NCBI RefSeq assembly: GCF_006345805.1
Contig: NC_043008.1
Location: forward strand, 78,802,001 to 78,866,000
Direction of reading: 5' to 3'
DNA from: Octopus sinensis
Taxonomy: Eukaryota
DNA: 64,000 nt
Shown here: piece by piece, positions 51,960-64,000 of the stretch
Layout of the letters: every line of letters begins with the position of its first letter
Numbering within the stretch: the stretch's first letter is position 1
Made by a program: the position numbers and the translations under genes
Notes under the pieces: generated by a model
The model's database searches: none
The model's input: only the letters and a program-made list of their open reading frames with translations
Told to the model about the DNA's origin: nothing

Positions 51960-52820
51960 ATAAATCATCACTGTCTTTGTCCTCACATTGTACTATATGC
52001 TTTTCATGGCCCTTGAGACCAATGATGAAAGAATTACTGCTGATGAAGATGATAACAATGATGAAACAAATTACTACAGATGAGGACAATGATTAACGAA
52101 TTACTACCAATGATGACATTGAAATAATTACTACTGATGATGAAAGAATTATTACAGATGCTAACAAGACAGAATTACTAGTCATGATAATAAAAGAGTT
52201 ACTATTATGCTAAAAGAATTACTAGCAATGATGACAATGATGAAAGAATTACTACCTTTGATAACAATGATGAGAGAATTACTATCAATGGTGACAGAAT
52301 TATTACCAACGAAAACAATGATGACAGAAATTTTACCAATGGTGGTTATGATGAAAGAATTACTCCTGATGATAAAGATGATAACAAAATTACTATCAAT
52401 AATGATGATGAAAGAATTACTACAAATGATGACACAATTACTACCGATGATAACAATAATGGCAGAATTACTACTGATGATGATTTAATTACTACTGATG
52501 ATGATGCTAAAAGAATTATGACTGATGATGATAGAATTCCTACTGATGATGACAATGATGAAAGAATTACTACCAATGATGATGATGAAATAATTACTAC
52601 CGATGATGACAGAATTATTACCAATGATGAAAGGATTACTTTCAATAATGAAGATAATGATGATGAGGAAGAACTACTCCCAATGATGATGATGAAAGAA
52701 ATACTACCGATGATGGAAATGAAAGAATTACCACTAATGATGACAGAATTACTAACAATGATGAGACGATGAAAGAATTATTATTGATGATGATGATGAT
52801 GATGAAAGAATTACTGCCTC
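51960..52820. repeat. Degenerate minisatellite, unit resembling GATGATGAAAGAATTACTAC
   Basis: Dozens of recurring gaattactac motifs spaced by (gat)n. Confidence 0.9.
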
Positions 52821-55800
52821 TCTAGGTACCCAGCTGCAAGTCCACCAATTTTTTAACATTCATTTTGACCTATGCCACTATCTCTCATTCTTTTAGAATG
52901 GTTGCAGACCATCTTCACTTCAGAGGTGTCTGACAGTATAATGGTGACATCATCTCCATATGTCAACACAGCCCTCCCAAGTCCCAGACGAAAAGAGATG
53001 CCCCTCAACTGTTCCTGCTTCCACAGCAGTGGCTTGAGATCTAACACATACAGAAGAGACAGGGGTGAGCAGTCCTAACAAACCAAATGTGTGAAGTGAA
53101 ATGGTTCCAAGAGGTGACTATTTTCCTTAACCACCAAGCAGGTGCTGCTGTGCATTGCAGCGATCCAAACTCTGTAAACAGGTCTGAACCCAGCCAGTTT
53201 CAGGATGGTTTCCAAGTAATGTTGGTTGACCTTTTCAAAAGTATTTGACTGACAGGGGCCCAGTGAAGTCGAATATGTTCCCAGCCCCCTCCACAATGTA
53301 CTGCATAAGATCAAGGTTGTAATGAAGGGACTTATTCAGGGTTGAGCACATTTGCACTTCCTGTCCATACTACTGATGATGAGTATCAATCTTTTTGCTA
53401 ACACCTTCACCAAAATCTTAAACTCTGTGTGTTAACAGAGTATGGGCCAAAAATTGCCTAGCATATCTCCTTTGTTGATTTGGTTTTTGTAGTAGCTTTA
53501 CCACTTACCACAACACAAGGAATACTTCCATTTTGCTGCCAGTTATGATAGACATCTGTCAAAAGGTTGCTAAACTAACTTGTATTATTGGTATGAACTT
53601 GTAGAATTTGTAGGGCAGGACCATCGAAACTAGGCAATTAGTTTTTTGTGCAACTGTTTATAACCTCCCATATTTCAGTGGCCATTATTGGCTTTTTGCA
53701 AAATCTTATATCTATTGCCAAGAGTTGCATCAAACTGTTCAGGCACAAACTAAAATCTGCTGCTACCACTGTCCTCAAACAACTGCACAAAGTGCTGCTA
53801 GAAAGCTGCACACATCTCCTCAAAACCAAGTAGCACATGCCCATCCTAATCTATCAAAGATTTGATTGTGATTTTCTTGAGAAATCATGCCTCTTGTCAC
53901 TCAGGTACATTGGGCAGTTTTAGTTCTCTCATATTGAGTGCATGAGGCTTAACTCTCATGATGCAGCCTTCAGGTTTCACCCCAAAGAAATGGTGAAAGG
54001 CCATTCTTACCACCAGCAATTTTGACCATGATGCTTTTACTAGCAGCTGCTTAACTAATTCAGTTATCCCCTCTGTCTAGTATACTGGTAATGATGCATA
54101 CAATTGCCAGCAAACATGTCCCAGTTAATAGGTGCTATCTAAATCAATTGAGCAGATGACAAATTTGTGGTCTGTGTCACTGACCAGCTTGAACTGTGGT
54201 TATCCTACATTATCCCTATCCTCTTGTCTAACAAATATTCTATCTAAATATAATTTCGATTACCTACTGTGATTTCTTCATGTCCACACTAGCACTAGCA
54301 TATCAAGGAAATCCAGTTAGTACCTGTCAGGTAGCTGGAATCTTCTGAATAAGGTTTTGACGTTTTTGCTCCCATTTTTTCAGTGCTAGCCTCACATCTA
54401 GAATACCATTCCAGTCCATAACTAATACTAAAGAGTGAAACATTCCAAGGAAAGTTTCTATACTTCTGAAGAAATCAGGCTAACCTGCTCCTGTTGGAAT
54501 ATAGATAGCTATTTGTCTGAAGATAGCCATCATGTTCAGGACCACCAAATTACCAACTGGTTCCAGGAAGATTGCTCATATTTCAAGGCCCAAGGATTTT
54601 TGAAAGAGTGCTTCCACTCCACTACCCAAATACAACAGACCACAAGATAAGAAAGCCTTATAATTGTCAAAATTTGGTGTCAGAGAGTGCACTCACAAAT
54701 CCTTGTCTTGCAAAAGACTGTCACTTCTATATCTAATGACCTGAGATCATCAAACAAGCGACTTTGCTTCTAAACCAAACACAAATATTTATACAACCTA
54801 CTCTAAGTGCAGCCATTTAGATCATTTACCTTGATTCTTGGAGATGTCTGTTGAGCCAGCCTCCTTTTTGTCTGAGAGGGAAGTGAGTAAAGCTTCTCTA
54901 AGATGCTTTTATTGAGACATTTTCTAAACACTCCAATGTTCTGGAATATTTTTTTTTTAGGACAAAACAATTTTCTGAATAAGCAGTGTCTCGGGATATT
55001 TTCAGAAGGAATTCAGCAAAACTCTCAACTCATCAGAATAGTTTTGTTGCTGATTACTCTTCAATCAAATTGATGTTGCTCTTCTGAACAACAGTGAAGT
55101 TGATAAAGAAACTATGTACATGAGTGTGTGATTTGGTCATATTGTTGATAAAGCATTTGTTTTTGTGTGAATTTGTGAGTGAATGTTTCTTCTAAGAGTT
55201 GGTTTTGTTGTTGTAATGATGGTGTTGATGTTTTTGGTGTGTGATTTTGTGACAAGTTTTCTATTTATCTATCGTATCTCACTGCTTTCAATTTGGAGCA
55301 ACCTCTATTTGTTTGGGTCTGTTTTTCTTTCTTGTCCCCAATAAAGGCCTTTTAGAGTTATTTCATCAGTTCTTCATCTCCTGATGGGCTTTTTCATTTT
55401 GTGAGGTTTGATTCAGAGGAATGAGGTATATATGAGTTTTTTTGGTATTTTCCATTACTTGTGTATGAAGGAGGGCTTCTTTTGGTGGAATTAGTAATAA
55501 TAGTGGAAGGTGCTGTGCTTCCTCCATCATGGAACAGAAAACTTCAAAGTAATCTGAATTACCATACACAAAACATTTGGATTTTCTATCCTCTACTACT
55601 ACCAGCATCAACTTGCTTTCCCTGAAACAAAAAAAAAATGTGAATGCTGGTGACTTCCTCTGGGGCAAACAGTATCTACAATTGCATTAGAATCCCAGTC
55701 CTTTTGATTTGGGGGTTGGGGGGTTTCATCTCCACAGTCTAACCATATTCCTCTATGTCTGCTAAGATTCTTGCTGGATCTCTGTGAATCAGCATGTTCT

Positions 55801-56560
55801 TAATTTGAATTCAAGTAAATTTCCTGCCCATACATAGGAAAATCATAACCATCCCATATATTCCTTTATATATGTGTAGAAATGAGGGCCATACAACTTT
55901 CAGGCATTTTCTTGTTTCTACTGAAGTCAGACATTTAAGTTTTCTGTCTTTTTGACAGATGCATTTATACACAATTGTTTGTTTTTTGAAACTTGTCTTT
56001 TCATCTTCCCTGAGAGACATTACTCCTGGTTTAGCAATATTTTGTTTATATTGAAGGGCTTTACTTTTCAAATCTTCCAGTGAATGCGCAACCCACTAGC
56101 TAGATGCCCTTGATAAAGATATGGTTCGTTGTATGCATTTAATGTTGATATTGTTAATATTATTGTTGTTTCACAGGCAGTTTTTGTTGTTTATATTTCT
56201 ATCATTCCTGATGCTATTGTAGTATTTGCTTTTGTTCTGTTTCATGCTATCATTGTTCTCATTTTCACTATTGCTATTATTGATGCTGCTGCTGGTGCTG
56301 GTGCTGTACTTGATCACATTTCATCTTTGATGTTGTTGTTGTTGTTGTTGTTGTTGTTGCTGCTGCTGCTACTGCTGTTATTGCTTTTGTTAAATTTGTT
56401 TCAGCTCTCACTGACTTGACATTGTCATGTTCTTATGCCATGGGTCTGTCACAGTTCTCTTTGGAATGTGAAAACTTTGAATGTTCTCCATTGTCAACTA
56501 TTGTTATTTTACCATGTCCTAACATTATAAAAAGTTTTGTAAAATTTCAATATTTTTGTT
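52820..56560 (-). mobile_element. Degenerate Tx1/L1-like LINE (ORF1, APE and RT up to the YADD motif)
   Basis: KQSRLFDDLRSLDIEV (APE), QSNTFEKVNQHYL, LTYGDDVTII; colinear with the 59630-63830 copy. Confidence 0.75.
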
Positions 56561-56571
56561 TTTCAAAGTAA

Positions 56572-56953
56572 TCTCTCTATATATAAATGGCAAAATGTGT
56601 GTGTGTGTGTGTGTGTGTGCGTATGTGTCCTTTATACAAATCCACAATTTTTAAGTTAGAGGGCTCGCACTTTCTATGGTCATTCAAAACCGTCCAAGGG
56701 TGGTCGTGCACATCTTTACATTTCCCCAGTCACCCCGCAAAGCCATTAAAAAATCAATAGAAGTGACTTTTTTGTGAATTTTCTATCCAAAACCCAATCA
56801 AAATGCCTGAAACTTGATACGCCAATTGAGTGCCAGCTAGCTGTATGTGATTGATCAGAGATTTGGACAGTAGTTGCGTGTATGTGCACACACTCACAGC
56901 TGTATATGCATGCACTAGCACTATGACCCGGCGTTGCCAGGTCATAGTGCTAG
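56572..56953 (+). mobile_element. Non-autonomous Helitron
   Basis: A|TC 5' end, CTAG|T 3' end, 15-bp-stem terminal hairpin actagcactatgacc...ggtcatagtgctagt. Confidence 0.85.
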
Positions 56954-57079
56954 TTTGAAATAAATGTCAATATATACATCCCTAGAACAGAGGTATTTTC
57001 TAAACAAAATATTACCACTGCAATCCAGACAATGTTGATAAAGTTATAACAAAATAAATTACTGATCAAGGTTTTAATA

Positions 57080-57729
57080 GGCAAAATGAGAGCAAAGAAT
57101 CTCAAAACTTTTGGAGATCCAAAATGCCATGCCTTGATAGTTTGATGACAATGATGGCAAGAATGATCCATTGGGAGCTCTGTGGAAATCATAGCCTACA
57201 AAGAGCAAGGACATGGTATGACCAAATCTCAGAAGATGTTATCAAGAATGAAGATTGCAAAATTTTGTGGGATGCAATGATTCAGTATGACATCAGACAT
57301 CAGAAAGCTGACATTGTTATGGTGAACAAAAAGGAAAATAACTTGCATGATAATCGATATAGCCTGTCCCAATGACAACAAGATCAAAGAGAAAGAAGAA
57401 GAAAAACTGAACAACTATGAGGATTTGAAGTGGGAAATACACAGATTGTGCGTAATGAAGAGAGTGGACATGATACCAGTAATAATTGGTGCGCTTAGAA
57501 GTATCAACACTCAACTACCAACATGACTCAAAAAGATAGGCACAAATGTAAAGACAGAAGACCTACAAAAATCATCATTACTTGGAACTGTAAGAATTCT
57601 CCACAGGGGTCTTGAATCATGATCAGTAAACAAGTGTCACCTTTGTCTGTGGGCTGTAGACAGCTGATACTTTCCCTCACATCCAGAAAAACTGGCCGAA
57701 CATTTTCATCAAATAATAATAATAATAAT
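57080..57729 (+). mobile_element. R4/Dong-like LINE 3' end with restriction-like endonuclease
   Basis: IHWELC...WYDQ...KILWD...ADIV...ACPND..IKEKEEEK...YEDLKWEI...IPVIIGAL; followed by (AAT)6. Confidence 0.88.
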
Positions 57730-57859
57730 TTCATGAGGGCTCTACCAAAGAGGAATATCTCTGTCCTCATCAGCCCCATCCACTGGATTCAGCCACATCC
57801 ACTAGACAACCTTTTTTGCCACAGCCACCAGACAAAGGAAAACTGCCTTGCCTGTCTGA

Positions 57860-59560
57860 TTGAAGGAGGGCAGTAGGACTCAGCTGACAGACAAATCTGT
57901 TCCACATATAACAACAGCTGTTCAACATAACTCCACAAGTCAGCAATACCCAGACACTGAATGAATGCTCACAGAATGGTTTTGTTGCTCTGCATGCACC
58001 TCCAGGACTGTAGAGTTTATCTCAAACTGGTAGTGCTCTCTGGTTGCACTGCCAGGCCAAAGGCATCAGGAAAGTATCCATAGTAGTCTCCAACCATAAT
58101 GCCATCCAGAACAGACTCACCAGTTCATTTTCGTCGATGGCCAGGGTCTACCCAAGGATGTCATCGCACTTCTTTGCTACTAATCCTCTATATATTTCTA
58201 AAGTGGAACATCCACTGATTTTATTGCCTGACTGGTGTTCTAGGTGTCTAGGTGCCTCTTAGTCTATCCTTCACCTAGGACTGCAGCACCACCAAAGAGA
58301 TGAGCAGCAGAAAGACATGCTTCACAATCAGCCCACACACATTCACTGTCTAGAAATTGTTGCAGGTGGCACAACCTAAGCACATGTCAAAAGCCACGGC
58401 ATCTAAGCCACCATGCAGAGGGAACTGGCAGCCGACTGACCACCTGACCATTGCAATGTGTTCCTTCCACAATAAAATAAACAAGAGATGTTCCAACTTG
58501 ATCGAGCAGTAATTGGGGCAAGACGATCAAGCAATAAAAGAAAACCTTTCAGGTCAGCTTCCACTCTGCTCATTTCTGGGTAAGACTGGCCACCATGCTC
58601 ATCACCTCATCTCAGTTCTTATTCACCTGGAGGTCAGGACCAAACTAGATCCTGAGAAGTTTAACTGGTCCATCAGTCCAGCATTCGACAATGCCATTCA
58701 ATGGCATCGACCTGCCTCTCCAAGTGCCTAGTTGGAAGCCCACCAACTTGTCAGCATCGATTTTGGTTCCAGTTTGAACAGGGCACCCTTCAACTGTTCT
58801 AACTTCCACAGTCGTGGCTCAAGAGCCAGTACATACAGAAGAGGTGACAAACCAAGCATGCAATTGACATAGGTGGCTATTTATTTTGACCACTGCACAG
58901 GTGCCTCTATGTATTTCAGCAATCCAGCCTCTGAAGAGGGGTCCAAAACTGGCTACTTTCAAGATGGCTTCTGAATAACAGTGGTCAACCCCATCAAATG
59001 TTTTTAACTGAACCAAATTTATCAGTGCCCCACCAAAGCCAGCCCTCTCTATGGTGTATCACATAAGGTGATAATTGTCTTCGGGAATGCACATGTTTGT
59101 GCTTCCTTAACCAGACTACCAGTGACAAACACCAACATCTTGGCTAAAATTTTAAACTCTGTTTAGCAGAGTTATGGGCCATCATCAGCTTTTCACAGAA
59201 CCTTGCTTCTGCTGCTAAGAGCTACAACAGGCTGTCCAGGTATGAACTAAAGTCCACTACTGTCATTGACCCATTGTCTTCCCCAAATAGTAGCACGAAG
59301 TGCTGCAGGAAAGCTGCACACATCTGCTCAGAACTGAGTAGCACATGTCTATCTCAATCTATCAAAGACCCAATTGTGGTTTTGCTTCTGCATCGCATCT
59401 CTACTCTTCAGGCCCATCAGACAACTTTAGTTCCATCATATTTTAGTGCATGAGCATTAGCTCTGACAATGTAGCTTTCACATTTTGCCTCAAAGAAACT
59501 ATCAAGGGCCATTCTCACCACTAACACATTAGTAGTGATGACTTTACTAATCGGCTCTTC
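57860..59560 (-). mobile_element. Tx1-like LINE RT fragment
   Basis: KTFDGVDHCYSEAILKVASFGPLFRGWI, homologous to 62240-62340. Confidence 0.8.
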
Positions 59561-59629
59561 TAGTCTGCTAACTATCTCTCCTCTTAATCTATTTCTTTCT
59601 GTTGCTAATATTACAAATATTTAGGTGTG

Positions 59630-62600
59630 TGCAAAGGGGATGTACGATGCCCCCTGGCGAGAATGGACCAAGGAAAAAGCCTGGCAACATTCAAAAAACA
59701 CATTGAAAATAGCCGAGCTAGCTTTCCTTCCCACATACCTTGGTAGACGCTCTTCTAAGGTAAGAACGGTGGGGAATACCACCAGAAATTGATGTTGCCT
59801 GGCTTATTGATGCAATGTTAATGGGCTTGGAGGATAAAATAACTATCCTACAAACCTGTAAGTACCAACAGCAGAACTGGCCAGGACAGGCTTTAGAATT
59901 TAGAAGATTCAGAGAAAATTATAGTTATAATTTCGGTGGGAGAGAAGAAGTTGAGAGTGAACGTGGAAGGCAGGAAGCCCAGGTGTTATAAATGCAGACA
60001 GAAAGGGCACATTAGGGCTGAATTCAAGCCAACACCAGCAGCAGAAAAAGATCCCTCCACCCTACCAAAGGAGAAACCAGCAGCAACTTCACCGCTGACA
60101 AAACCAGCAGTACCTCCACCACCACCAACAAAACTAGAAGCACCTACAACGCTGGCATAAATCGAACCAAAACCAGGGAAAGTGGATGATATACCCATAC
60201 AAGACACCACAGAGACAGAGATAGAAGAAGACACAGAGTGAGAGCGTGAAAAGGAAAAAGAGAAAAAGAAAAGGCTCAAATCCCGCCCCCACAGAAACAC
60301 CTGCACATTCACAACCCAACCAAACATCCATGCAAAGGCTCACACAGACACACACAACTTCACAAACACACACAGCCACAGGATACACAGGCCCCAATCT
60401 TCCCACCCCACATGACTATAATGGCTATTAATAACAAAAGCAGAAATTTAAAAAGAATTATGTCAAAACAGAAAATGACAAAAATATTCAAGCCACCAGG
60501 TAACACAGATACCCTGAAAAACATTGAGCTTTTCATTTTATACAGAGAAAATTACAATCATATAAAATAAAAAGCTTACCCACCAACCACAACTGAAACG
60601 GTCAAGGAAGGACCTACTTTCCAGCTGAAACACACTTCAAGCATAAGCCTCCACCCATGTACTCACTTAATTTAGGATGTATAAATGTGCATGGGCTGAA
60701 ATCAGATTGGAAGCAAGCTTGTCTCCTAAACGATCTCAGATCGCATCGACTAGTTGTGATAGCTCTTACTGAAACTAAACTGAGGGGACTGCAGGACTTT
60801 GCACTGCTCCTAAGCGACTATGAGAAAGTCAATTCCCCATGTCAACCGGGAGATGTGCAGGGAGTCATAGTTCTACTCAGGAAAGTGCTCAAACTAGAAA
60901 CTAGAACAATCTGTTGATTCAGAAGGCAGGCTGGTCGCCCTAGATGTGACACTCAGTTGTGGTAAGGCCTTCAGGTTAATAGCGGTCTATACCCCAGGGA
61001 GCAGGGGGGCAGGACAGCCTAACTTCTTCAAAAATCTGAAAAACTTTCTGAGTACATCACACACGTTAATGGTATTAGACGACTTCAGTGCAATCTGCAA
61101 TGCATGCATAGATTACACTGGCTTGAATTGGTATAGAAAGGTAAGCTTTTGCCTCAACAATCTGCTCAGATTGATACAGACTAGATCACCCGGATGTTCT
61201 ACAGTGGACGTGGTCATCTAGATCTTATCTAAACAGAATAATAATTAGGATTAAGGACAAGAATATAGCTAGGTATCCACAGTTAATCATTGTCAGCTAC
61301 AGTGATCACAAACTGGTCACCTGTAAGCTGGTTGTAGAAAGCCTGACTAGATAGGGATCTGGCTACCGGAAGCTAAATAAGTCACTACAAACCTGTGAAG
61401 CCTACAGGAGTCGGATTAGACAGTTAGTGATAAGGGCATTGACAGGGACCATTATTAATAACAAATGGTGGTATGCCCTCAAAAGAGCCATAAAAAAAGT
61501 CGATTAGATTTAGTAGAGAGTTAGCTAGGAATAGAAACAGTGTAGAGAGGGACTTAGTGAACGCATTAGAGAAGGCAATGAGATCTGGCTCTGCTTCTCA
61601 AGTGTTGACCACGAGAATAGTGCTCAACCATCACCTCGAGGCTAAACACAAGGGTTGCAGAGTCAGTGCGAAGATGCGTGCAATGGGCCATGAGGGTATT
61701 GACTTCACCAGATGGGCTCGTGTTGTAGGGTCTCAGTGTGGCAATAATGTCCCATTAAGGTCTTTGATGAACCAACAGGGGCACATGATAACTGAACCTG
61801 AGGAGATGTGTATGGCTTACATGAGCTGTAGGGGTGGGCGATGGTCTACCATGCCTCTCAGGAGTGGAAGAGGCATTGTTAGAGTGTGGGGGAGACAGGT
61901 CGATAGGTTGGAGTAGTCACCCCATGAATTATACTAGGCCAGGCTTGTTTGGGCACTTGCAGGAGTATTCTTGTATCTGTGAGTTAGAGTGTGGTGGTAC
62001 TGATTATGAAGGACCCAAACAAGGGGGATGTAACTGACAACTTTAGGCCAATCACTTTGCTTAATGCAAAGTTGAGGATTCTGGCCAAGGTTGACGAAAA
62101 TCGTGGATGGTATCATTGGGGAGGTGCAAATCTACACCATCCCCGGCAGGACTATGTATGATAATCTCCACCTTATACACAATACCTTAGAAAGAGTAAA
62201 TAGGATTCCTGGCAAGCATGGGGCGTTGGTCCATTTAGACCAATCCAAGGCCTTTGATTGGGTCGACCATCGGTATCCAATGGCAGTCCTCAAGGAGGCC
62301 GGTTTTGGCCCGACATTCCATGGCTGGATCAACGCTTTATATAGCAACATCAAGTCGGTAGCTCAGGAGAACGGTTTCTTTTCGGAGCCATTCAATATCG
62401 AATGCTTGGTTCGTCAAGGTTGTCCACTCTCACTTATGCTGTATGTATTGGCTCTCGAGCCACTACTATGAGGATTGGAGGCAATGAATGGATACCCGCA
62501 AGATTTAGGGTATGAAAAATCAATCACAGCATATGCGGACGATGTCACTGTCATCGTATCCAGGGACCAGGATCTACAGAAGGTAGGTGAGGCCCTACAG

Positions 62601-63830
62601 GATAACAAAATGGAGGCAGGAGCAAGAATCAACTGGAATAAGTTGGTCAGCTTGCAGCTCAGCACCTGGAGAGGCAAGTCAATGCCGTCCAATGGCATCG
62701 TCGGATGCTGGACAGACGGTCCAGTGAAAATGCTTGGATGCTTGGAGTTTGATTTGGTCCAGACCTCCAGATAGAGAAGAATTGGAGCAAGGTTACAGGC
62801 AGGGTGGTGTTCATAACTCAGACCTGGTCTGGGCGGAGGTTATCCTTGAAAGGGAGGGTGGAGGTGGCAAAGATTTTTATCACATCTGTCATTACATACT
62901 ACCTGTCATACCGTGCCCCAATTTGTGGCTAAATAAGTTGGAACACATGCTCTTTCATTTCTTGTGGGAGGGCAGGTGGCCTCTTGTAAGGTGCTCTATC
63001 TGCTGACAACAGCCACTAAAGGGTGGGTTAGGGATGCTGTGGCTAAAGATACACAGGCATGCGCTGAGGTTGAGGCATCATTGGCTCTACTTGGACTGTG
63101 AGCTGGTGTGGTCTCCGTTCTTTGATGAGATATTTCCCAGGTTCACCTCTTTTGGTGAACTAGATGCTGGATCAGGTGTAGACCAAGGCTTGGAGCTTGG
63201 CAAGCAGAGTATTGACAGGCGCTTGTGCTTCTCTTTTGAATGAGCAATGCTGGCAGAGGAGGTACCACCTAGGCATACTTATAGAAGGCTGGTAGAGAGC
63301 AAGAGTGATGACAACTTGAAGGAGACTCTGGGTTTTGATGAAAGTCAGCTTGCCAACCTGCATCAAAGGACTTCTAGCCCGGGACCTATGAACAACTTAC
63401 AGAGGTCCCTGGTTTGGTTGTGCTTCTGAAGTGCCTTGCCAGTTCAGGATAAACTCACGAGACACAGCGTTATGGTTTTGCCTACCTGTCCACTTTGCGA
63501 GCAGGGCAACAAAACTGTTCTGCATGCAATGGTATAGTGTCTGAGTCTCTCGGACTTATGGGTTTCTACCGAATGGGTACTGTCACAGCTGGGGAGAGTA
63601 CAGCTGTCTTCTCTAAAAGGAGAAGAGAAATTCTACTTTCTAGTAATAATAGTTATAGCGAAAGAGGTGATGTGGAAGACACATAGAAGAGATATCGCAT
63701 TTGGCCATTCTTTGGCTAACCTCTTTTTGTATCACCTAAGAGGAAAAGCATGTCTGGAGATAAAATTCCTGACATCAGAAAAAGTACGAAAAAAGATGGA
63801 AGAAAATAGGCCGAATGTTGGGTATGTAAG
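59630..63830 (+). mobile_element. Near full-length degenerate Tx1/L1-like LINE
   Basis: ORF1 GRKPRCYKCRQKGHIRAE; APE LNLGCINVHGL...ALTETKL; RT IPGRTMYDNL, DQSKAFDWVDH, QGCPLS, AYADDVTV; many stops and frameshifts. Confidence 0.92.
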
Positions 63831-64000
63831 TGCTTAATTAAGTGGGGAGAAAAAAACAGGATGAAGTAAATGGTTCAATGCAGGAACGTGGTTGGTGGGG
63901 TCAAACACATTCAAACTTATTCCATTCATTCTCTCATTTTCATCCCAAATTATAATGTATTTATTCACTATATGTAATCTCATCGATAAGTCCCCGACCC

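Noticed and set aside
56950-57192. Hydrophobic minus-strand ORF as the M13 signal-anchor exon
   Set aside because: No convincing splice sites, and part of it is antisense to the R4-like LINE.

Overview
AT-rich, microsatellite-dense animal genomic DNA. The SINE/LINE repertoire strongly suggests an octopus (inference from repeat families, not from a database search). The window lies inside one minus-strand host gene, a divergent M13 (neprilysin/ECE-like) metallopeptidase. Six in-frame GT-AG exons (797 nt) were recovered by eye: 50267-50466, 24766-24924, 15469-15546, 10482-10621, 6044-6137 and 2733-2858. The N-terminal exons and the catalytic C-terminal exons were not found and probably lie outside the window. 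The introns are filled with mobile DNA: three Penelope-like element (PLE) fragments (two flanked by inverted pLTRs), two Tc1 transposons, piggyBac, mariner and Tigger remnants, Helitron-type elements, a Ty3/Gypsy relic, RTE, CR1/Jockey, R4/Dong and Tx1-like LINEs, and tRNA-derived SINEs. The most interesting signal is a set of about 12 type-I hammerhead ribozyme (HHR) motifs. One is in a non-coding 530-bp tandem unit (38363-39700) with a retrozyme-like architecture and an unusually long stem II insert; its intact copy lies on the same strand as the host pre-mRNA. Also notable: many near-perfect foldback/inverted repeats, a partial intronic duplication of a host exon, and a GC-rich Tc1 carrying an ETS-CRE composite promoter motif.
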